Positions 25,853 to 35,394 of a DNA stretch of 64,000 bases are shown in pieces. How positions within the stretch are numbered: position 1 is the stretch's first letter; each line of letters begins with the position of its first letter. The stretch is from an uncultured archaeon. Its GTDB lineage: Archaea; CAYFZR01. The stretch is from positions 19,496 through 83,495 of the forward strand of contig CAYFZR010000065.1 of NCBI GenBank assembly GCA_964347835.1, given 5' to 3'. The notes beneath the pieces are model-generated. The model saw only the letters and a program-made list of their open reading frames with translations, did no database searches and was not told the DNA's origin. A program made the position numbers and the translations under genes.

Positions 25853-27741
25853 TCAATAAGTAGGAATAGCATCACAAAAGAAAGTATGAAAGGATACCAA
25901 TTTCTTTTGTTCTCAGTCAAAGTAACATATTCCGGTTTTTGAATCAATTTATCGTCTGATACAGTTTGTTTAAACGCAATATCCGATTCTTTTTCATTCA
26001 GGAGATTAACCGCGAGATATTCTCTCAAATTATTATGCTCAATTGTATATATGCCAATATGCTCTAAAGGGAATGGTGCAGAAGGTTCTAGGGAAAAGGC
26101 TTTCCCGTTTGGATCGGTTATGCGAACTTTTGAGTTCGCGGTAATTATTGAACCAGTTAGAATATTCTTCTCAGGGATGATTCCTTGATTCTTGCTGCTC
26201 CACTCTAGGGCATGATACCAATATACCGGAAATGAAGGATCATACTGAAAATTGGTCGTTTTATCTGGATAGAAACTCAAGAAAACTACTTTACCACCCG
26301 AAATTCTTAATGAAATGAGAGAATTTCTATCTAATGATTCTGCTATTGTTAATGAGCCATTTTTTGGATTATTGCTAACGTATCTTTCAACAAAAACATT
26401 CTTGAACGAAGTATCCTTTAGTATTGAGTGTTCGCCTACCGGTATGACGTCGGTTTTTTCTTTTACAATGCTTTGAAGATTTACTGGCAATACCTCTTTG
26501 ATCAAACTTAAGGCGCGGAGATCACTTCCAAGGACTATTAAACCGCCGCCTCTTTTTACATAACCGCTGAGATCTTTATCAATTCCAGGTAAAAGATGAT
26601 CATGAGGTACGTCCCCGAAGATTATGACGTCAAAATCATCTAATTTTGAAGGTATCACTGGTGGTTGTGCTAAATCTAATTTTATATTCGGTAGAGATTC
26701 TAATGCCAACCTTAAATAAGGAGGTGCTTCTTTTCTTTCTATGAGTAATACTTTATGCATCCTTATCTCAGGTAATATGCCAAAAGCAACATTATCCGTT
26801 TCTAAATCGTCTTTTGCATCGATTGAAAATCTTAGGGTGTGAACACCGAGTGAAGTAGAACCAGTATAAGTAATTGATTTTGCCTCCTTAGAAGACAAAA
26901 AAATCTTTTCCGAGTGAATTAGTTTTCCATCCAAGTATATATTAGCCTTTAATTCTTCTGATTTTTCTTTGTAGTTTTTTATTCTTAAAAATGTGTAGAA
27001 TACATTCAAATTATTTGTATCTCTCGTTACAGTTGCGCCGACTATGCCAACATTCTCTCCCCTATTATTGATATCTACAAAGGAGGTGTCTATGCCGTTA
27101 GCCCTCAATAAGTTTGTTGCATCTTCGACAGGATAACCTAGTTGACTGTAAGAAATGTCCGATAGTATGTATACAGTTTTTTTCCCTTCTTTGCCCTCTA
27201 ATATAGTATTTGCAAGCAAAATCGCATCTCCGATATTTGTCTTAGTAGATTTGCACTCGAGAGAATTAACAGTATTTTTGATATCTTTATAATTATCTGT
27301 AGGCTGAACTATTAATTCTGGAGTATTTTTAGCAAATATTATACCAATATTCCCATCTATGGAGTCTAAAAGAGAAAATAATAATTTTTTTGCCTTGTCA
27401 AATCTTTTCTCCCCAAAATCCTTTGCATTCATGCTTGCAGAAGCATCTATGATAAATATTACTTCGTCTAATTTTTTTTTTGCTCCGATTGTATATGGAT
27501 TAGCCAGCGATAGTACCAATAGACCTAATATAAAGAGTTGAAGAAGTAAAAGGGGTAGTTGGGTTATCCTTTTTATTGAAAGTTTTTTCTCCCTCTCCTT
27601 TATACCCTTTAGGAAGAACATGAGCGTGGAGAAACTTTCCTTCTTGGTTTTTTGCCATATCAAATAAAGTATTACTACAGGAATCCAAATTAATAAAAAA
27701 ATCAGGGCATTGGGATTTGCGATATCAGCCATGAGAAGCAC
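25822..27741 (-). CDS. VWA-domain membrane protein (BatB-like)
   Basis: 639 aa. N-terminal TM helices, MIDAS motif (VIFIIDASASM) and a C-terminal TM anchor. Confidence 0.7.
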   Translation of the reverse strand: MLLMADIANPNALIFLLIWIPVVILYLIWQKTKKESFSTLMFFLKGIKEREKKLSIKRITQLPLLLLQLFILGLLVLSLANPYTIGAKKKLDEVIFIIDASASMNAKDFGEKRFDKAKKLLFSLLDSIDGNIGIIFAKNTPELIVQPTDNYKDIKNTVNSLECKSTKTNIGDAILLANTILEGKEGKKTVYILSDISYSQLGYPVEDATNLLRANGIDTSFVDINNRGENVGIVGATVTRDTNNLNVFYTFLRIKNYKEKSEELKANIYLDGKLIHSEKIFLSSKEAKSITYTGSTSLGVHTLRFSIDAKDDLETDNVAFGILPEIRMHKVLLIERKEAPPYLRLALESLPNIKLDLAQPPVIPSKLDDFDVIIFGDVPHDHLLPGIDKDLSGYVKRGGGLIVLGSDLRALSLIKEVLPVNLQSIVKEKTDVIPVGEHSILKDTSFKNVFVERYVSNNPKNGSLTIAESLDRNSLISLRISGGKVVFLSFYPDKTTNFQYDPSFPVYWYHALEWSSKNQGIIPEKNILTGSIITANSKVRITDPNGKAFSLEPSAPFPLEHIGIYTIEHNNLREYLAVNLLNEKESDIAFKQTVSDDKLIQKPEYVTLTENKRNWYPFILSFVMLFLLIEWMYYTENLR

Positions 27742-28573
27742 CCAAGAATTCTAAAAAGACGTCATGAATAGGTTGATCCGTTGTTGTAAGGAAGTAATCT
27801 GCGTTAACGTCCCTGCAGAATCTATTTATTGATCGAATGTGTCTCTCCACTTCTTTGGAATATCTATCAATTGCTTTTCTTGTTAATGATATCCTTTGTC
27901 TTTCATGGGTCTCGAGATCTAAAATTTCGTAGTCTCCCTTAAAAGGTAAAAATATCTCTCCTTTATCTAAAATTTGAAATAAGATTATATCATTTCCTTT
28001 AGCCGCTAGTTTGTAAAGAGACCACCTTATAGTCTCTAAATCCGAGAGAAGATCGGATATTAGGATTATGAGCCTCTTTCCTTGGGTAATCTGCATATAT
28101 TCTTTAACAACCTTCTTTAAATCCGTCGTTCCTCGGGATTCTATCTTTTCCAACGCGCTTAGTATTCTTATGAACTGCCTTCTACCTCTTCTAGAATGTA
28201 TTCTTGTGTTTAAATGATCGGAAAAGGTGAATAAACCTACTCTATCGTTATTTTGTGCCACAAGATAAGAAAAACCTGCTGCAGATTTTGTTGCATAATC
28301 TAATTTCGATACAGAATCAGAAGAGTAAAGCATGCTATTGCTCGTGTCCAATAATACATGGGCAATGATTTCTCTTTCTTCTTCATATCTCTTCACGTGT
28401 AATTTTTCAGTTCTGGCAAAAATCTTCCAATCAACAGTCTTGTAGTCGTCTCCCGGCGAATATTCTCTATAGTCGACTATTTCCAACCCTTTTCCCTTTA
28501 GTTTTGATCTATGTTCTCCAGAATAAGCAGTAATCATCTTCTTTTTAACCATTAAGTTTAATTTTTTAAGCAT
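27725..28573 (-). CDS. DUF58 protein (MoxR-associated)
   Basis: 282 aa with the hallmark DUF58 motif DYREYSPGDDYKTVDWK. Confidence 0.8.
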   Translation of the reverse strand: MLKKLNLMVKKKMITAYSGEHRSKLKGKGLEIVDYREYSPGDDYKTVDWKIFARTEKLHVKRYEEEREIIAHVLLDTSNSMLYSSDSVSKLDYATKSAAGFSYLVAQNNDRVGLFTFSDHLNTRIHSRRGRRQFIRILSALEKIESRGTTDLKKVVKEYMQITQGKRLIILISDLLSDLETIRWSLYKLAAKGNDIILFQILDKGEIFLPFKGDYEILDLETHERQRISLTRKAIDRYSKEVERHIRSINRFCRDVNADYFLTTTDQPIHDVFLEFLGASHG

Positions 28574-28603
28574 TTTATAAAAACTAGGATCGTATAAACT
28601 CAG

Positions 28604-29566
28604 TTATGACACCTCTTCAATAATAGAGTTTATAACCCCGTCAGTTGAGGTTCCTTGCGCCTCAGCCTCGAAATTTAATATCAGTCTGTGTCTTAGCACA
28701 GGGAATATCATCTTTTTTATGTCCTCTCCGCTTACATAGGTTCTTCCTTGAATTAGGGCTCTTGCTTTGGAGGCTAAAATTAAGGAAATTGAAGCTCTTG
28801 GGGAGGCACCATATTCGATATATTTTTTCGCTACATTGCTTGCATTGTTAGAATTAGGTCTTGTAGCGGCGACTAGGGAAACTGCATATTCTTCTATGTC
28901 GCCTGCTATTGGTATCATTCTCACCAATTTTTGCAGTTCGATCAAGTCATTCCTACCCAATATCTTTCTTACTGTCGGCTCTTGACCCTTCGTATAGAGT
29001 CTAACTATATCCATCTCCTCTTCGCGCTCGGGATAGTCGATTAGAATCATTTGCAAGAACCTGTCTAACTGCGCTTCAGGCAGAGGGTAGGTTCCTTCCA
29101 TCTCAATAGGATTTTGTGTAGCCAAGACCAAAAATGGGGATGGTAGCTTAAATGTAGTTTTTCCTACGGTTACTTGTCTTTCTTGCATACACTCAAGTAG
29201 AGCGCTCTGAGATTTTGGCGTAGCCCGATTAATTTCATCAGCAAGGACGATATTCGTAAAAATCGGACCCTCAGAAAAAACAAACTTTTTTGTTTTGGTT
29301 ATTTTGTCTTCCTCTATTAAGTATGTTCCTGTGATATCCGAAGGCATTACATCAGGAGTACATTGTATCCTGCTAAATTCTAAGTCTAATACTTTTGAGA
29401 AGATTCTTATCATCATTGTTTTCCCCAGACCTGGTAATCCTTGGAGAAGCGCATGGTTGTCAGAAAGTAAGGTTATGAGCAATTGTTCGACTACCTCTTC
29501 TTGCCCTACGATTGCTTTAGATGCCTCCTTCTTTATCCCATCGAAGATTTCACGAGAGACTCTCAT
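28604..29566 (-). CDS. MoxR-family AAA+ ATPase
   Basis: 320 aa. Walker A (GLPGLGKT), Walker B/sensor region (VLADEINRATPKSQSALLECMQERQVTV). Confidence 0.9.
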   Translation of the reverse strand: MRVSREIFDGIKKEASKAIVGQEEVVEQLLITLLSDNHALLQGLPGLGKTMMIRIFSKVLDLEFSRIQCTPDVMPSDITGTYLIEEDKITKTKKFVFSEGPIFTNIVLADEINRATPKSQSALLECMQERQVTVGKTTFKLPSPFLVLATQNPIEMEGTYPLPEAQLDRFLQMILIDYPEREEEMDIVRLYTKGQEPTVRKILGRNDLIELQKLVRMIPIAGDIEEYAVSLVAATRPNSNNASNVAKKYIEYGASPRASISLILASKARALIQGRTYVSGEDIKKMIFPVLRHRLILNFEAEAQGTSTDGVINSIIEEVS

Positions 29567-30501
29567 TACTTCTCTACCTCTGCCAATTTCTCAAAGTATC
29601 TTTCGGCGATTTCTTTGTACTCGAAAACAATCTCCTCGCTATAGTACCTAGACGGTTCAGTCTCACCAACTTGAATATTTGTCATCTCTTTAGGACCGAA
29701 ATCTTCTTTTTCTATCCTATCTCCTCCAATTTCAGTGCCTTCTCCTCTTTTAATCTCAACTTTCACTTCTTCACCTTCTAGGGGCGCCCTGCTCTCTTCT
29801 CCGAATATATTTTCTCTTTGGCTATAAGTTCCGATTTTGCCTTCGCCTACGATTCCTTTTTCTCCAGTAGTTAGACCCAAGCCAGACAATATGTTATTGC
29901 ACGCTTTTCCTACCTTTGATAAAAGTCCAGTACTGATACTACCTTGATCTTCACCTAAGCCGGGCGCATTTGAATCGAAAACTCCCTTTTTCTGTAAAAT
30001 TGTTCCGTAACCAAGAACTTCAATCTCAAGATACTTGGGAGTGAAAATAAGGAGGATCAGTGCTACCAAACAAAGTATCAAAAAAACCCTCACAAATACT
30101 TTATTCATATCCACCAAGAGATTAAAGTCAAAATTGTCCAAGGATGTTTGCACATCTATGATTAATCTATTGACAAAATGATTTTCTTTCCATTCTTTGG
30201 CGTTGTCGTGGGCTGTTCTCAACTTTTCGCTTAACTCTGAGAAGTTTTCTTCGATCAATAATAAAAAGTTAATAGATCTATTTTTAAGTCTCTTAACGTA
30301 CAAGAAAATACCTGTAATAGTAAGGAAAAGAAATATAATATGAAATTCGTTAAAATTCAGCCTCGAAAGGAGAATAATAATGGAAAGCACGAGAAATATA
30401 ATGACGGCATCTAATATACTTTCATAAAAAATTATTTTTGCATAATCCTCTCTCATTAATTCTACTCTCTTAACGAGTTTGCTTCCAGCGTCCATGATCA
30501 T
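29566..30501 (-). CDS. Membrane protein, first gene of the MoxR/DUF58/VWA operon
   Basis: 311 aa, two to three TM segments plus a Gly/Glu-rich tail. Adjacent to moxR as in Bat-type operons. Confidence 0.4.
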   Translation of the reverse strand: MIMDAGSKLVKRVELMREDYAKIIFYESILDAVIIFLVLSIIILLSRLNFNEFHIIFLFLTITGIFLYVKRLKNRSINFLLLIEENFSELSEKLRTAHDNAKEWKENHFVNRLIIDVQTSLDNFDFNLLVDMNKVFVRVFLILCLVALILLIFTPKYLEIEVLGYGTILQKKGVFDSNAPGLGEDQGSISTGLLSKVGKACNNILSGLGLTTGEKGIVGEGKIGTYSQRENIFGEESRAPLEGEEVKVEIKRGEGTEIGGDRIEKEDFGPKEMTNIQVGETEPSRYYSEEIVFEYKEIAERYFEKLAEVEK

Positions 30502-30543
30502 CTTTTTATATATTCCTTTATTTTTATATAGTGTTGGGGTACT

Positions 30544-31092
30544 ATGAAGAGAAATGTTAACACGTATTTGATGGTAATAAACATCGTCTTAATATTTTCA
30601 CTGGTATCCATGGGTGTATACTCCGGCATTCAGTACAAGCGAGTCAACAAGTTGATAGATGAACTTAACTCGCAGTCAGAAAATCTAATAGTTAGGTTGC
30701 AAGGTAAAGAAGAACAGTTCAACCTTACTTTAAAGACACTAAATATCACCGAAAGTAAGATAGAAGCGCTTAAAGAAAAATACACCAAATTAGATACTGA
30801 GAAGACGAACCTTGAAAAAGTACTACAAAGTACAGTAAACGATTTGGAAAAAACAAAATCTGACTTGAGAGACTTAAGGCAAGACTACAACGAAAAACTT
30901 ATTGAGATTGAGACCTTGAATGCAAGAGTTACAGCCTACAAAAGAGAAAACACCAATCTAAAAGAGTCTTTAAGACAAGTAACACTCGACCTTTATGTGG
31001 CAACAGAGGAAATAGACAATCTGCACGACAAAATAGATGATCTAGAAGAAGATTTAGCGGCTTGTAGAGCAGCGAGTCCACCTCCTCCATGA
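30544..31092 (+). CDS. Membrane-anchored coiled-coil protein
   Basis: 182 aa. N-terminal TM helix, heptad-rich body, PPPP C-terminus. The stop codon directly abuts repeat copy B. Confidence 0.45.
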   Translation: MKRNVNTYLMVINIVLIFSLVSMGVYSGIQYKRVNKLIDELNSQSENLIVRLQGKEEQFNLTLKTLNITESKIEALKEKYTKLDTEKTNLEKVLQSTVNDLEKTKSDLRDLRQDYNEKLIEIETLNARVTAYKRENTNLKESLRQVTLDLYVATEEIDNLHDKIDDLEEDLAACRAASPPPP

Positions 31093-31094
31093 TT

Positions 31095-31392
31095 AGAAGG
31101 GGGTAATAATACATTTTATACTGAAATTACCTTATCCTAACTTATCACCCCCTTTCTAAACCCCTATATAAGAGGAGAAGAGAATAACATTAATTTCATA
31201 ACGTAATTATCCTATCTTACCTTATTAACCCCTTTATACACCTCCATATAAAGAAGGGGGTAAATCACCCCTTTCTAAACCCCCATATAATATTTAGAGT
31301 AGAGAACAAATGTAGAGTAGAAAAGGACTCATTTGGTACCGTTCATAAAATAATTATTTATAATATTGCGGGTGCAGCGAGCCACGCTGCAT
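31095..31392 (+). repeat. Copy B of the modular intergenic repeat family (three P sub-modules + S module + hairpin)
   Basis: agaagggggtaataatacattttatactgaaatta...caccccctttctaaacccctatataa...cccctttatacacctccatataaagaagggggtaaatcacccctttctaaacccccatataatatttagagtagagaacaaatgtagagtagaaaaggactcatttggtaccgttcataaaataatt...ggtgcagcgagccacgctgca. Confidence 0.8.
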
Positions 31393-31523
31393 AGTGTCAA
31401 TTTTTCCAACAAATTTGAAATATGTGCTATTGTCGAAAATGATTTAATAATTTTTCGAAAAATAAATCTGTCTATTTTCCCTCAAATTTGTAAACCAAAA
31501 CTCTATGGCTTAAAAGAGACATA

Positions 31524-31877
31524 ATGTACATTGGTGAGAGTATTAAGTCAGTTGGGGAAGAGAGCGGCCAGGGTGCCCTCGAATATTTTATTTTAACTGC
31601 CACTGGATTGGCAGTCATAGCGACGGGTACAGCGTTTATGAGAAAAGTTGCTATCGAAAGTAACTTAAAATCTGAGCGAGCGTATGGAAGAATAAATCAA
31701 TCAATCGAAGATATTTTAGACGAAATAGTCGAGGAATCTGAGATGCAAACCACCAATCAGGCACAAACATCGCCCTCTCCCCCACCGCAGAATACGCCAA
31801 CTCCCAACGAATCCACAGAACCACCTTACTCAAAAAATTCCAAATGCTGGGTATGTGGGCCCCAATCTCCATGTTAA
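31524..31877 (+). CDS. Class III (type IV pilin-like) signal peptide protein with Pro/Thr-rich linker and Cys-rich C-terminus
   Basis: 117 aa. N-terminal GQGALEYFILTATGLAVIATG fits the archaeal prepilin/DUF361-type signal. Followed by SPSPPPQNTPTPNESTEPP and CWVCGPQSPC. Confidence 0.45.
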   Translation: MYIGESIKSVGEESGQGALEYFILTATGLAVIATGTAFMRKVAIESNLKSERAYGRINQSIEDILDEIVEESEMQTTNQAQTSPSPPPQNTPTPNESTEPPYSKNSKCWVCGPQSPC

Positions 31878-31922
31878 TCTCGTTAATCCCGCTCTTTCTT
31901 AAGGCTTTAAAAAAAAGAGAGT

Positions 31923-32183
31923 TTAAGGAATTTTAATTGAAAAGAAAAAATTGTATGTGCGTCTACCGTTAACAGTACCTTTATATTTTGTGCTTTGATT
32001 GAATGGTACATTAAACATCCTTGAAATTTTTGCAGAGTCCTTCCTTGCCTTATTTATGTTTTTAGAGTAAAAATCATAACCATCTCTAGTTTTTATGAAT
32101 TCATATTCCTTTAAAATCTGGAAAACTTCACTTAACTTATCATTTTCTAAATTTCCTCTGATCTGTATTATCGCCGTATGCAT
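31923..32183 (-). CDS. Hypothetical small basic protein
   Basis: 86 aa ORF. Confidence 0.3.
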   Translation of the reverse strand: MHTAIIQIRGNLENDKLSEVFQILKEYEFIKTRDGYDFYSKNINKARKDSAKISRMFNVPFNQSTKYKGTVNGRRTYNFFFSIKIP

Positions 32184-32192
32184 TTCTAACGA

Positions 32193-32486
32193 TCAGCTTC
32201 CAAATATTTTTGCTGCTTCTCTACCTTTCATGCCTTCTTTTACACCAATATCTTGGGCTTTAGTTGTAACTGCCTTTATCTCAGCATTCATAACGTCCTC
32301 AAATGTATTGACACCCGAAACCATCGCACAGGAGACTCCAAGTTTTTCTGCGGCATCGATATTTAGGTAACCGCACATCACGAATCCATTTTTTCCTCTT
32401 AAGAGGATTAAGGGGGCCACAGGTAAGTCTATTTTGATGCCTAGAACTTTTGCTTCTTCTATCTCCAGTTCTTCTATTTGAATCAT
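32193..32486 (-). CDS. Small conserved protein downstream of ftr (possibly DUF1805/YunC-like)
   Basis: 97 aa (LRGKNGFVMCGYLNIDAAEKLGVSCAMVSGV). Lies 18 nt after ftr on the same strand. Confidence 0.35.
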   Translation of the reverse strand: MIQIEELEIEEAKVLGIKIDLPVAPLILLRGKNGFVMCGYLNIDAAEKLGVSCAMVSGVNTFEDVMNAEIKAVTTKAQDIGVKEGMKGREAAKIFGS

Positions 32487-32503
32487 TTTTCATTAAGATT
32501 AAA

Positions 32504-33394
32504 CTAGAATAACTCATGTAGATTTACTTTGTAGGGACCTAACTTTCCCCCATAGTTCCCCGCTGTGATCTTTACCACACCTGGTACCTTTACTGCAGCC
32601 TCAATTCCTTTCTTTGTAGCCTCTTTTACCGCATCTAGGTTAAGACCATTTATCACAAGTTCGTAAATGGCTTCCACATCTTTAGGTACGAAGGTATCGG
32701 CCACCTTTTCTTTTAGTGTTGGAGCATAGCGTTCGTTTGTACTGGCTTTTAAGAATTTGTACTTGGAACCAACTTTTGAACCTGAAGCGACGATTCCACC
32801 CGGAAACGGAGTTATCGTACCTTCCAGTTCCATAACAGTATCCACGGCATCTTCTGCTGCAGTTAAAGCGGCCATCTGGTTCTTTGCCAAAATAAAAAAG
32901 TTTCCACCTGCCACGCCATCGACAGCGCCAATTTTATCCTCAATTACAAAATCTCCTTCCATCATCGGTATGTAGAACACCTTTCTACCAGATATCTCTC
33001 TCTCACTCTCGAATCCGTCTCCGAAAAATTTGAGTTTTGCTCCAGTATCGAATTGTAACTCGGCATCAGGTAATCCGTTGAAGCAAGCTGCCGTAGGAGC
33101 GGTGAGAACACATTGTCCAATTCTGTTGAGTAATTGGGTTCCCAATCCTTTTTCGCTAAAATGGCAAATCTGAATGTACGCACCAGGTCTTCCATCCGGT
33201 GTTTCATCTCCTCCAACGACCTTCTCAATGCCTGCTTCTGCAGGGCATGCAATCACCGAAGTTCCAAAACCAGTAGCCTCTGTAGCCGCTACTAGGGCCC
33301 ATCTTTTTGTAGCACCAGTTATCAAAGGCCTTGCAATTTTTATTGGAAAGGCCTCAGCAAAGGTATCTTCTATTTCAACTCCATTTATTTTCAT
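32504..33394 (-). CDS. ftr: Formylmethanofuran--tetrahydromethanopterin N-formyltransferase
   Basis: 296 aa. Near-colinear with characterised Ftr (MKINGVEIEDTFAEAF...ATEATGFGTSVIACPAEAGIE...FPGGIVASGSKVGSKY...ITAGNYGGKLGPYKVNLHELF). Confidence 0.9.
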   Translation of the reverse strand: MKINGVEIEDTFAEAFPIKIARPLITGATKRWALVAATEATGFGTSVIACPAEAGIEKVVGGDETPDGRPGAYIQICHFSEKGLGTQLLNRIGQCVLTAPTAACFNGLPDAELQFDTGAKLKFFGDGFESEREISGRKVFYIPMMEGDFVIEDKIGAVDGVAGGNFFILAKNQMAALTAAEDAVDTVMELEGTITPFPGGIVASGSKVGSKYKFLKASTNERYAPTLKEKVADTFVPKDVEAIYELVINGLNLDAVKEATKKGIEAAVKVPGVVKITAGNYGGKLGPYKVNLHELF

Positions 33395-33558
33395 TGTCTC
33401 ACCAATTGAGGTTCGATCAGTTTAGAATATATAATTTTTGGAACAAAGAATCTTGTATATAATCAACTTATTTAAAAATAGGACAGTAGGATTATTATAG
33501 GATGGAGAGCATTTGTAGCCGATACCACCATATTCAAAAATATTCTTCGAGGGATAAA

Positions 33559-34122
33559 ATGGAATACCCTTCAATATTACTTATTACATACATCGAAACC
33601 CTTGCGAATATATCAGGACCTTCAGAAACAATTGATTGGCTGAAAGATCTAGGAATGACGCTCTTTGAAAAAGTTGAACCCCAAGATTTCAAGGACATGG
33701 AAGAGTTTAAAGAAAGTATATCAAAAGGAAAGATGTTTCTGCCGTATTTCACCAACATACCCGAAATTGAGGATAATCTAATTCTTTTTAAGTCATGTCC
33801 ATTTTATGAGGCTCTTTGGAATTACATCGAGCATTATGGGAGGTTTCCGCCTTCTTTTGAAGAGGTAATTGAATACTATAGGGAAAAAGAAGATATCGCG
33901 GTGAGTCCTTTTTGTATTATTCACCGTTTTGTTTGCGAAAGAATCGGTAAGAAAATAAAAATAGGCGGAAAAAATCTTTTTATTACAAGGCTTGGATCTA
34001 AATCAATATTTGGAGAGATTATTATTTCTAAAAATAAAATAAAAGAAAAAAAATTAAATGAAGAAGACATTTTAGAATTATTGAAAGATTTCTCATGTAT
34101 ATATTACTTGGAGACTAAATGA
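33559..34122 (+). CDS. Hypothetical protein
   Basis: Track ORF 33502-34122; the likely start is the Met at 33559 (MEYPSILL). Confidence 0.4.
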   Translation: MEYPSILLITYIETLANISGPSETIDWLKDLGMTLFEKVEPQDFKDMEEFKESISKGKMFLPYFTNIPEIEDNLILFKSCPFYEALWNYIEHYGRFPPSFEEVIEYYREKEDIAVSPFCIIHRFVCERIGKKIKIGGKNLFITRLGSKSIFGEIIISKNKIKEKKLNEEDILELLKDFSCIYYLETK

Positions 34123-34300
34123 TACCTTATTTTCTTGATATTAAAATAGCGAGAATTTCACTATATAAAAAATTATAAATGTGAAAAATCACTTAGCATT
34201 AATATAATATATAGTGACTATACACATATTTGGAGAATAGTGATCATATTTGTTTAGATAAAAGATTTTAGCAATTAAGAAAAGAGAGGAACTGAGGCTT

Positions 34301-35191
34301 ATGATTAAACTGCCATACGGAAACAAAGTTTGTGAAGCAGAAAATGTCAAAAAAATTGTAGATTTATATCCTATTTTTAAAAAATATGAAATTGGTTATT
34401 TATTGGTTTCTAGGAATTCCGGAGATAAAAATTGGTTAATTTATATTTTTTTCTTGGATAAAAAATTTTTAGGTCTTTTTGCGCATACTGATTGTTGGGA
34501 TAAGATTCTACTTGGTGATCTTGCTTTGGATCAAACCAAGGCGCTACTCTGTATATCGGACAAACTAGAAGTATATTCAGTTGATAGAGAAGAAATAATC
34601 GAGTGCAAGAACATGATTCCCAATATAGTAGTAGGAGAGTTAACGGTTCCAAGAGATATAGATTATGAAAGAACAGAATTAGATCAAAAAGAATTGGGAG
34701 AAGAGATAAAATCGGTAATTAAATGGAAGAATGAGCTTTCAGAAAAGTTGGAAAGAGTCCACAGCAGGCTCAGAGTAGAAAACTCTAGAGAATATTTCGA
34801 GGAGGCTGGGTTAGAAATTCCAGATGAGATCGAGGGCGAAAAATACATGGATCTTTGGAAATCTTATTTTAAAATGAATTCACGTAAAAAATTTGACATT
34901 GATCTGGCAGAAAAAATTGGTAAATATCTTGAAAAAAGATTTGCTTTGAGTAAGATGTGGATAGAAGTAAACTCTGAGTACGATGAAGAATTGGTTGTAA
35001 ACATAGATGCAAAACTGCTTCCATTGGAGAATGAAAGAATCGAAACCCTGATTCCTAGATCCTCTAAAATGTCAGTAAAGAGGGAAAATCAAGACGAAAT
35101 CAAGAATGTCATAAAATGCGCTATAGACCGTGTTAGAGAGCGTTTAGATTTGTCTCTGACTCCTGTAATCAAGGTCCAAGTAAGGTCATAG
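34301..35191 (+). CDS. Hypothetical protein
   Basis: 296 aa acidic ORF. Confidence 0.4.
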   Translation: MIKLPYGNKVCEAENVKKIVDLYPIFKKYEIGYLLVSRNSGDKNWLIYIFFLDKKFLGLFAHTDCWDKILLGDLALDQTKALLCISDKLEVYSVDREEIIECKNMIPNIVVGELTVPRDIDYERTELDQKELGEEIKSVIKWKNELSEKLERVHSRLRVENSREYFEEAGLEIPDEIEGEKYMDLWKSYFKMNSRKKFDIDLAEKIGKYLEKRFALSKMWIEVNSEYDEELVVNIDAKLLPLENERIETLIPRSSKMSVKRENQDEIKNVIKCAIDRVRERLDLSLTPVIKVQVRS

Positions 35192-35269
35192 TGATTCTAC
35201 GATCATAAATTTTCTTTTTAGGGAAAGATTTTTATAAATCAATTTATGTTCTATTCGTTTGCAATATCT

Positions 35270-35344
35270 GCCCCGTTAGTGTAGTCCGGCCAATCATTCG
35301 GGCCTTTCGAGCCCGTGACGCGGGTTCAAATCCCGCACGGGGCA
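35270..35344 (+). tRNA. tRNA-Glu (anticodon UUC)
   Basis: Acceptor GCCCCGT/ACGGGGC, anticodon stem CGGGC/GCCCG with loop CTTTCGA, T-arm GCGGG-TTCAAAT-CCCGC, discriminator A. Closely resembles archaeal tRNA-Glu. CCA not encoded. Confidence 0.8.
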
Positions 35345-35394
35345 CTTTCCATAAATTTGTAACCCAAATAACCTTTTTTTATTTCAAACGTTTT

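Noticed and set aside
32757-33425. Plus-strand ORFs 32757-32975 and 33174-33425 and minus ORF 32962-33252
   Set aside because: All overlap ftr, whose product aligns colinearly with characterised Ftr. The alternative frames are Ala/Pro/Ser-rich noise.
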